Source of the DNA: an uncultured delta proteobacterium
GTDB lineage: Bacteria; Desulfobacterota; Binatia; Binatales; Binataceae
Direction: 5' to 3'
NCBI GenBank assembly: GCA_963788205.1
Contig: CAWBGG010000007.1
Span: 378,732-442,731, forward strand
DNA: 64,000 nucleotides
This document shows, one piece after another, positions 57,561 through 64,000 of the stretch; within the stretch, counting starts at the first letter, position 1; every line of letters begins with the position of its first letter. Under the pieces are notes generated by a model. That model had not been told where the DNA came from and searched no databases. It saw only the letters and a list, made by a program, of their open reading frames with translations. A program made the position numbers and the translations under genes.

Positions 57561-58175
57561 CTAGGAGAACAGTCCCGGTTCGCGTGAGCTCAGTAGCGTC
57601 AGCCCGCGGTACATGTACTGCAGCCCGGAGATTCCGCAGGCCGCGACCGTCGCGTACATCAGGATCAGGAAGTACATCGGCGCGATCAGGTTGAACTGGG
57701 CGAGTGCCGCCAGCACGCAGAGAAGCTGAAGGAACGTGCTGGTTTTACCCAGAAATGTCGGCCGCACCGGGATTCGGTCGTTGGTAAACCACGACAGCAT
57801 GAAGTAGCCGAACACCGTGATCACGTCGCGAATGACGATCACGCCCAGCAGCCATCCCGGCAGCAACTGATAGACCGTCAGCGCGACGATAGCGCTGACC
57901 AGCAGCAGCTTGTCGGCAAACGGATCGAGGAACGCACCCAGCTCGCTTTTGGCGTCGAACCATCGTGCGACCGTGCCGTCAAGCCCGTCGGTCAGCGCGG
58001 CGGCGCCGAACAGGTAGAGCGCGTAGTTGAAGCGGCGCTCGCTCAGCAACACGATCAAGAAAGGAATCGAGATCAGGCGGCAAAGCGTGAGCAAGTTGGG
58101 CAATTTCAGCAGTTGGCCCAGCCGCAGTTGAGGTTGCGGCTCGATTCTGCGCGGCTTGAGCGAAGGTCCGGCCAT
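57561..58175 (-). CDS. CDP-alcohol phosphatidyltransferase
   Basis: DGxxAR...G...D...D motif (ALTDGLDGTVARW...GAFLDPFADK) in a multi-TM protein. Confidence 0.8.
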   Translation of the reverse strand: MAGPSLKPRRIEPQPQLRLGQLLKLPNLLTLCRLISIPFLIVLLSERRFNYALYLFGAAALTDGLDGTVARWFDAKSELGAFLDPFADKLLLVSAIVALTVYQLLPGWLLGVIVIRDVITVFGYFMLSWFTNDRIPVRPTFLGKTSTFLQLLCVLAALAQFNLIAPMYFLILMYATVAACGISGLQYMYRGLTLLSSREPGLFS

Positions 58176-58188
58176 CGCGCTACGCTCG

Positions 58189-59487
58189 TCAGGTTAACGC
58201 AGCCGCGGCCTTGCGCAGCCGTCCGGCGACTGCGGGAGTTACCAGCGCCCGCATCGAGACCATGCCGTCATTGTATTCTTCGCTGAGCACCTGCCCCTCG
58301 CGCCGCGCCATCGCGATCAGGTCGCCGCGCGCGGCCGAAAGCTCGACCTGCACTTCTTCGCGCAGCCCGGCGAAGAATCGCGCGAGCGCCTCCAGCAGCC
58401 GATCGAGCCCGTCGCGTCGCAGCGCCGAAATCGTCACGCTCTCGAATCCCTCTGGCGCGCGCGGCGGATTCTCTGCCAGGTCGGCCTTGTTCAAGACCAT
58501 GATTCGCGGCGTCGCACCGGCGCCGATTTCCGCGAGCACTCGATCGACCACCGCGATCTGCTCCGCCGCCAGCGCCGAGCTTGAATCCACCACATGCAAA
58601 ATGAGGTTCGCGGTGCGGACTTCCTCGAGCGTGGCCTTGAAGGCCTCCACCAGCATGTGGGGCAGGCGATGGATAAAGCCGACCGTGTCCGCGAGCATCA
58701 CGTTTGCGCCGCCCGGCAGCCGCAGCCGCCGGATGGTCGGATCGAGCGTCGAGAAGGGGCGATCCGCGACCACCACGCCGGCATCGGTGAGCGCGTTCAT
58801 CAGGGTCGATTTGCCGGAATTGGTATAGCCGGCCAGCGCGACCGTCGGATACGGAAATTCGAGCCGTCGGCGGCGCTGGATCGCACGGGTCCGTTCCACA
58901 TCGCGCAGGCGGGTGCGCAGGCGCGTAAGACGCTCGCGCACGCGGCGGCGGTCCACTTCGAGCTGGGTTTCGCCGGGACCGCGCGTGCCGATTCGGCCGC
59001 CGCCGGCCGAGCCGCCCGTCATGCGCGACAGATGCATCCATTGGCGCGTGAGCCGCGGTTGCAGGTAGGCGAGCTGCGCAACCTCGACCTGCAGCTTGCC
59101 CTCCAGAGTTCGCGCGCGCTGGGCGAAAATGTCGAGAATGAGCTGGCTGCGATCGATGACGCGGAACTCGAGTTCCTTCTCGAGATTGCGGGCCTGTGCC
59201 GGGCTGAGACTATCGTCGAAGATCGCCAGCGAGGCGCCGTTCTGGCGCGCAGCCTCGCGCACTTCTGCGACTTTGCCCCGCCCGATGAAGGTCCGGGGAT
59301 CGATCTCCTTGAGACGCTGGCGAACCGTGGCGGCAACCTGCGCGCCAGCCCCCTCAGTCAGCGCCGCAAGCTCGGCCAGCGATTCCTCGCTGCTGATTTC
59401 GTGGCCGTTGCCAAGGTCTACTCCGACCAGCACGGCGCGCTCGATGTTCTGGGTCTGGCGAGATGAATCCGTGGTTGATACTCCCAT
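58189..59487 (-). CDS. hflX: GTPase HflX
   Basis: HflX N-terminal domain plus a GTPase domain (GYTNSGKST, DTVGF, NKAD). Confidence 0.9.
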   Translation of the reverse strand: MGVSTTDSSRQTQNIERAVLVGVDLGNGHEISSEESLAELAALTEGAGAQVAATVRQRLKEIDPRTFIGRGKVAEVREAARQNGASLAIFDDSLSPAQARNLEKELEFRVIDRSQLILDIFAQRARTLEGKLQVEVAQLAYLQPRLTRQWMHLSRMTGGSAGGGRIGTRGPGETQLEVDRRRVRERLTRLRTRLRDVERTRAIQRRRRLEFPYPTVALAGYTNSGKSTLMNALTDAGVVVADRPFSTLDPTIRRLRLPGGANVMLADTVGFIHRLPHMLVEAFKATLEEVRTANLILHVVDSSSALAAEQIAVVDRVLAEIGAGATPRIMVLNKADLAENPPRAPEGFESVTISALRRDGLDRLLEALARFFAGLREEVQVELSAARGDLIAMARREGQVLSEEYNDGMVSMRALVTPAVAGRLRKAAAALT

Positions 59488-59583
59488 TTGCAGCCTATCA
59501 AAGAAACGCGCCGGCGGCTAAGCCGGCAAGACAGAAGAGCGCCATCACCCAATTTTCGGTAGTGCGCGGTTTTGACAGCACGG

Positions 59584-59660
59584 GCCGGCACGGAGGCCGG
59601 CCCCTACCCAATCAAGGAGCCTTGATTCAGGGTAGTGGCCGGCGTCCCTGCCGGCCATCC
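59584..59660. repeat. REP/MITE-like palindromic element, family A, copy 2 (inverted relative to copy 1)
   Basis: Reverse complement matches 2149-2225 except for the central 12 nt. Flanked by 30-bp imperfect direct repeats (cacccaattttcggtagtgcgcggttttgaca / cacccaactttctggtagtgtctcggtttggca). Confidence 0.7.
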
Positions 59661-59740
59661 GACCCCAAAATCGTACATCACCCAACTTTCTGGTAGTGTC
59701 TCGGTTTGGCATCGAAGGCAGTGTCGGCAGGTGGAAAAAA

Positions 59741-59855
59741 AGGATTCGGGATTCTTCGCGCGCCAGACAACGCAGACGCGCGAGAATGACAACGTTGACA
59801 AGCTTTTTCTGTCATTCCCGCGCGTGGCTGGCGCGCGAGGAATCCCGGATCTTCT
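59741..59855. repeat. BIME-like mosaic of palindromic units (family B)
   Basis: Contains the hairpin cgcgcgagaatgacaacg...tgtcattcccgcgcg and shares modules with 6637-6746. Confidence 0.65.
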
Positions 59856-59968
59856 TCCGCTCGCCCCACTCGCGAGCATTCTCAAACTGTGACACTAGCG
59901 ATTTTCTCCGCACCATGACAAATCGCTGGCATTTCTGTACCCTAGAGGTACGGTTGAGGACTGGTAAT

Positions 59969-60313
59969 ATGCAGGAAATGCGCACTCCGAGGACCGGCGT
60001 CTTGGAGGCGCTCCTACGCCTGGAGCGCTCACCGGAAGCTCCCTCACGCGAAGCGCTGGAACGGGCCAGGCAGATCGCTCGCTTCATAGAACAACACAAA
60101 TCACCAGTGCCGTTCGTATTTCCAACCGAAATCGGCGGCATTCAATTCGAATGGCGTGGCAAACCGCGCGAAGTTGACCTTGAAGTGCTCCCTCAGGGAA
60201 CAGCGCTCGCGTTTTCAACGCTGGTTGACGGAAAGTGTTCCCGCGAAGGCGAGATCAAAGAAGATGTCGAGCGCGAAGTGCGTAATCTATTGAGCTGGAT
60301 GGTGGGACTCTAA
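59969..60313 (+). CDS. hypothetical protein
   Basis: 114 aa from the internal ATG. The upstream part of the ORF-track entry is read-through of the repeat elements. No recognisable domain. Lower GC than surrounding DNA. Confidence 0.4.
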   Translation: MQEMRTPRTGVLEALLRLERSPEAPSREALERARQIARFIEQHKSPVPFVFPTEIGGIQFEWRGKPREVDLEVLPQGTALAFSTLVDGKCSREGEIKEDVEREVRNLLSWMVGL

Positions 60314-60346
60314 CCGCCTTCCACGCCCGCATCCCGTCTCCCGCCT

Positions 60347-60757
60347 CTACGCCTTTTTCGGCAGTCGTATTAGCCTCGCTGTCCTCGCCATAGTTGCTGC
60401 GGACCCGCCTGATATGCGTTTGCCGGGTGAATTCGCCCGATAGGCGCAAAGATGGCCCGATGGAGGCTCATCGGTAACGACGATACAGCCGGCGTCGCGG
60501 ATCTCCTGAACGGTGATTGTGGCAAGCCCGTCGTTTGGATAGCCCCTCAACACCTCGTCTTCAGTGGCCCGGTCGCGTCGATAAACCGAAAGTTCTTCAG
60601 TTCGGAACGCCCCACTCGACACGACAGGAACGCCATTGGTATCAAAGTCCACGTATCGAGCCTGGATGCGTCGGTAGACCTCGACCGCACCGGGTATAGA
60701 CGGGCCGGACAATCGGCGATCCGAGAGGGAGGCAACATCTGAGAATCTTTGCTTCAA
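60347..60757 (-). CDS. hypothetical protein
   Basis: 136 aa, lower GC. No recognisable domain. Confidence 0.4.
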   Translation of the reverse strand: MKQRFSDVASLSDRRLSGPSIPGAVEVYRRIQARYVDFDTNGVPVVSSGAFRTEELSVYRRDRATEDEVLRGYPNDGLATITVQEIRDAGCIVVTDEPPSGHLCAYRANSPGKRISGGSAATMARTARLIRLPKKA

Positions 60758-61107
60758 CAGTGCAAGGAGGCAGTCTCAGGCAGTCTCAGCCGGTCGCAAC
60801 GTGGCGAAGCAGCACGCTCGTGCTCTTGCAACCACGCCTCGACTTCACGCTCAAGTCCAAGATTCTCGCCTTTGCCGCTTGGTGGTCGGGAAGGCCAGCG
60901 CAAGGGCCGCCGCAGAGAGCCCGCGCAGCCGTGGCCGCCGTTGCTCCGCGCTCTTACGGGCGCACGTCGGGGACGTGGCGGTGCTGGTAGAGGCCGTCTG
61001 GAGCCTCAAGGCCGGCTTCCCGAAAGAGGCCGCAGCATGAGCGGCCAAGACCGCATCCGCGAGATAGCCGACTCCGGGCGGGCCGGCGCGGTTGGGAAAT
61101 GGCGCCA

Positions 61108-61932
61108 TCAATATCTAGCGAGCCAATATCCTAAGCACACACCGACAACCAGCGCGATCAGAGGCCACGTCAGAAACGCGGCCGTCCAGCGCCATCCGAT
61201 GAAAACCACTTCGCCGGCTACAACACGAACGCCGGGCGGCAGCTTCGGCCTCTCCCCGTGGCTCTTCAAACTTTCGTAGGCAGGTCTCACGGCAACGTGC
61301 CTTTCCCAGCTCTCCGCCTCGCCTTCCATCCACATATTGGAATGCGCGGTCCCGTCTCTGATCTGACTGAATTTGGTTGCCTGCCAGAGAATTTGAACTG
61401 CACGACCGATCTCAAGGACCGCCTCTTCTGGGTCAGGGTCGTGCAATGCCTTTTGGGCTCCAGCTAGGTTCCTCAGGAAGTCGCAAGCATCTTCCGCAGC
61501 GATAGCGGTTTGGCTGGCAAGCCCAAGGGCTGTGTTGATGCGGAACCCGACCGGCAACCTGTTTTGCTTCAAGGAGGCGTTATATCTGCGCTCTTGCTCG
61601 CGCTCCGAAATGTCGGGGTCCAGCCAATCAATTACGCTGCCCGCTAACCATTCGGCCGCTTCTGCTAACGGCTCAGCCAAGTCGGTTTCGCCGTCTCGTT
61701 GTTCTTCCTTTCCCTTGCGAATCCACGAGATACCGCGTGCCAGAACCGTTGCCGCGTGCCCGACATAGCGCTTTTGCCTGTCGGTCCCAAGGCTCAGCAG
61801 GTCACTATTATACGACAAGTCTTTGCACGCCCCCTTACTGTATCTTAGGACCCTATCCAACAGTTCATCCCTTCGCTGTAGCCATCTGAGTAACTCGTCT
61901 AAGTCAGCCGCCAACTGGTCATAGTAATCCAT
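61108..61932 (-). CDS. hypothetical protein with C-terminal transmembrane anchor
   Basis: 274 aa, mostly helical and acidic, with a C-terminal TM (FLTWPLIALVVGVCLGYWLARY). Last gene of a minus-strand four-gene run. Confidence 0.5.
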   Translation of the reverse strand: MDYYDQLAADLDELLRWLQRRDELLDRVLRYSKGACKDLSYNSDLLSLGTDRQKRYVGHAATVLARGISWIRKGKEEQRDGETDLAEPLAEAAEWLAGSVIDWLDPDISEREQERRYNASLKQNRLPVGFRINTALGLASQTAIAAEDACDFLRNLAGAQKALHDPDPEEAVLEIGRAVQILWQATKFSQIRDGTAHSNMWMEGEAESWERHVAVRPAYESLKSHGERPKLPPGVRVVAGEVVFIGWRWTAAFLTWPLIALVVGVCLGYWLARY

Positions 61933-61950
61933 AGGAAGGTGGCTGAACCC

Positions 61951-62244
61951 CTATTTTTCCTTGAGGCGCGGATCGTCGGTCGCAATGCACGTTGCCATTT
62001 CGTGGGCCAAGTTGTCGTAGGCATCTAATTTGGCGAATTTGCCCTGCTCCGCAGGCCAGCGAATTGGTTTCCGAGCTTCTGCCCTCGCGGCTTCGCATTG
62101 TGCCGCAGTATCGTAGCTCGACTCGACCTGCCACTGACTTAGGGGCGCTTCTGCGTCCACTCGGGGGTCTTCCGTGTTCTGCGCGGGCGGGATTACCAGG
62201 TACCAGCCTGTGAGCGCGAGCGCGGCGGCGTGGACGAGTCGCAT
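61951..62244 (-). CDS. small secreted protein, paralog A
   Basis: 97 aa, signal-like AAALALTGWYLVIPP. Conserved LSQW...YDTAAQCEAARA...IATDDPRLKEK. Its start lies 1 nt after the stop of paralog B. Confidence 0.55.
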   Translation of the reverse strand: MRLVHAAALALTGWYLVIPPAQNTEDPRVDAEAPLSQWQVESSYDTAAQCEAARAEARKPIRWPAEQGKFAKLDAYDNLAHEMATCIATDDPRLKEK

Positions 62245-62245
62245 C

Positions 62246-62548
62246 CTACTTTTCCTTCAGGCGCGGATCGTCGCTGGCGATGCACTGTTCGCTCGCAGTC
62301 GCGTTATACTGCTGCTGTCGCACGGTGGCGATATACGGACCCTGATTCGGCAGGTCTAATATCTTCTGGGCGTCGGTAATTGCCGACGCTCTAGCTGCCT
62401 CGCAGGCTGCCGCTGTATCGTAGGCGCCTTCATGCGCCCATTGCGAGAGCGGTTCATATAGTAAGACATCCCCGCCGAGCTTGCCCATCGGCGGCATCAG
62501 AAGGTACCAGCCTGCAAGCGCGAGCGCGGCGGCGTGAGCCAACTTCAC
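62246..62548 (-). CDS. small secreted protein, paralog B
   Basis: GTG start with GGAG RBS. AAALALAGWYLLMPP, LSQW...YDTAAACEAARA...IASDDPRLKEK. Both genes begin with the same ctacttttccttcaggcgcggatcgtcg segment at the DNA level. Confidence 0.55.
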   Translation of the reverse strand: MKLAHAAALALAGWYLLMPPMGKLGGDVLLYEPLSQWAHEGAYDTAAACEAARASAITDAQKILDLPNQGPYIATVRQQQYNATASEQCIASDDPRLKEK

Positions 62549-62576
62549 GTGATTCTTTACTCCGCCGGAGCCAACG

Positions 62577-62930
62577 TCACGATTGATTCGGACGCCGCTG
62601 TGCCGCCAATGCTTCAAGGCCTTCGTTAATCTCATTCATGAGTTCTGTGACACGTTCCATCCTCGCGAGCACACGCCTCAAGACATGTACGTTTTCGGTG
62701 ATTACTTCGTCGGGCATGAGATCGATGCCGGCAGTAATCAAGTCAGAAGACACTTTTGTTGAGGCAATTGCTCTTGCTTTTATTTGGCCCAAGGTACTGC
62801 ATTCTTCTGATGTAAGATTTTGAGCGTCAAGCTCCGCAGCCAGCCGATTGTATTTCTCGATGGCAGAGGAAAGGCGCCGAGTCTGCGCTAGGAGAGCGTC
62901 TCGTAGATCTTCTAGGTCGTTGTTCGGCAC
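62577..62930 (-). CDS. hypothetical coiled-coil protein
   Basis: 117 aa helical protein. First gene of the minus-strand run. Confidence 0.4.
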   Translation of the reverse strand: MPNNDLEDLRDALLAQTRRLSSAIEKYNRLAAELDAQNLTSEECSTLGQIKARAIASTKVSSDLITAGIDLMPDEVITENVHVLRRVLARMERVTELMNEINEGLEALAAQRRPNQS

Positions 62931-63150
62931 GTGCGCTTCGCGGCCCAGACTTGCCGACTTCTTGGCGAATCGCTAACATCGCTTTTTGGCGATCCTGGCT
63001 TGTTCGCGGCAAGCCTGAGTTTGCATCGAGCCAGGGTCTTGCGAGATGAATCCGTGATTGTGGACCTCACCGCAGGGACGGTTACAACTCGACTCTATCA
63101 AAGCCGGGTACTAAGACAACTGCGCGAACCGAGGAGCGCGGTGCGCTCGT

Positions 63151-64000
63151 TCAGCGCAGCTCGACCGCTTCTGCGTCCAGGACGCGGCTGGCTTCGGCGA
63201 CGAACGCCTCGGTCGGGCAGACTCGGAGCTGGTCGGCGAGCAGGAACACCGCCTCGCGATTCTCGCCGAGACCCAGATGCAGATAGACCAGCCCGCGCCC
63301 CGAATGGCGGGCGAGCAGGTCCTTGAACCGCACTACCGCGGCGTCATCGAGCCGCGCCTTGGGCGCGCGGATATGCACTTCGCGAATCGAATCCGCCAGC
63401 GCTATCGGCAGCGGCCGCAGATCTTCGAGGATGATCTGGGCGCGATCCTCGTCGACATCGAGCTTGCCGCGCGCCACCACCGGCTCGTCGCTCATGATCG
63501 CCGCCTCGCACCGCGAATAAGTCTCAGGCCACGCGATTACCTCGACCACGCCCTCGCGATCCTCCAGATGAAACGTCGCGTAGCGCTTGCCGCTCTTGGC
63601 GCTGTTCTTGAGCTTGACGGCCTGGACCACGCCGGTCAGCACGACCTGGCTTCCGTCCGGCGCGGCGGAAAGATCGGCGGTGGTGAGCGGGCTCATGTGC
63701 CGCACCTCGCGATCGAACGGATCGAGCGGATGGGCGGTGATATAGAAGCCGAGCGCCTCCTTCTCGGCCTTGAGCTTTTCCTTGGGAGCCCATTCGGCGA
63801 CCGCGGCGCGCGGCGCCAGCGACGGCACCCTCGCCTCGCCGAACAGGCCGATCTGGTTGCGGGCCGCGGCCTCGTTGCGTTGGGCAAACTTGATGACCTC
63901 TTCGACCTGGGCCATCAACTCGGCGCGCGGCGCGCCCGTAGAATCGAACGCGCCGCATTTGATCAGCGCTTCGAGCACGCGCCGGTTGACGAGCTGGGTG
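63151..64000 (-). CDS. DNA polymerase III alpha subunit family (DnaE or DnaE2), C-terminal portion only
   Basis: ...HQLVNRRVLEALIKCGAFD..., LGFYITAHPL and the OB-fold tail. The reading frame continues past the window end. Confidence 0.75.
   Translation of the reverse strand, partial: TQLVNRRVLEALIKCGAFDSTGAPRAELMAQVEEVIKFAQRNEAAARNQIGLFGEARVPSLAPRAAVAEWAPKEKLKAEKEALGFYITAHPLDPFDREVRHMSPLTTADLSAAPDGSQVVLTGVVQAVKLKNSAKSGKRYATFHLEDREGVVEVIAWPETYSRCEAAIMSDEPVVARGKLDVDEDRAQIILEDLRPLPIALADSIREVHIRAPKARLDDAAVVRFKDLLARHSGRGLVYLHLGLGENREAVFLLADQLRVCPTEAFVAEASRVLDAEAVELR

Noticed and set aside
59696-59968. N-terminal 91 codons of ORF 59696-60313
   Set aside because: It covers the family A and family B repeat elements with Arg-rich nonsense. 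The plausible gene starts at the internal ATG 59969.
60749-61279. 176-aa plus-strand ORF and 86-aa minus-strand ORF in the GC-rich gap
   Set aside because: Both are Arg/Gly/Ala-rich low-complexity translations with no start context. Probably non-coding.

Overview
This is a visibly GC-rich bacterial chromosomal segment. Only three short patches drop to roughly 50 percent G+C by eye: about 6300-6440, 39600-41700 and 59900-63100. Gene density is high on both strands.

Most genes are housekeeping or catabolic:
- Two tandem acyl-CoA dehydrogenases.
- A 7Fe-type ferredoxin with an unusual C-terminal extension.
- thyX, pyrD, recA, cspA-family, hflX, a CDP-alcohol phosphatidyltransferase, and the 3-prime end of a dnaE-family polymerase.
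- A divergent Ku/LigD NHEJ pair.
- Two SCP-x thiolase plus DUF35 pairs and three CoA-transferase family III domains.
- An LLM-type oxidoreductase and an amidohydrolase-2 enzyme.
- An mhp/bph-type meta-cleavage lower pathway: hydrolase, 2-keto-4-pentenoate hydratase, acetylating acetaldehyde dehydrogenase and 4-hydroxy-2-oxovalerate aldolase.

The most system-like element is a five-gene co-directional operon at 14461-22764. It encodes a vWA protein, a zinc-ribbon FHA protein, a Ser/Thr kinase-FHA fusion, a zinc-ribbon pseudokinase fused to a PP2C phosphatase, and a membrane Ser/Thr kinase. Every kinase in it has YRD in place of the canonical HRD catalytic loop.

Three other regions stand out:
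- The mhp hydratase and dehydrogenase genes are split by a roughly 6.7 kb insertion at 39604-46358. It carries a tandem array of low-GC CsgG/LpoB-like lipoprotein paralogs (one partial copy fused in frame and then frameshifted), a relic 3-prime fragment of a kinase gene, and two tandem zinc-ribbon/TPR transmembrane kinase paralogs with degenerate catalytic residues.
- A low-GC block of small hypothetical genes sits between hflX and dnaE at 59900-63150.
- Several REP/BIME-like palindromic repeat families are scattered in intergenic DNA.

Three genes carry single-nucleotide frameshifts at or near G-runs: an FtsX permease, a DUF35 gene and a lipoprotein copy. They are either true pseudogenes or homopolymer assembly errors.

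I found no rRNA or CRISPR, and I could not recognise any tRNA by eye. Coordinates from my own reading may be off by 1-2 nt.
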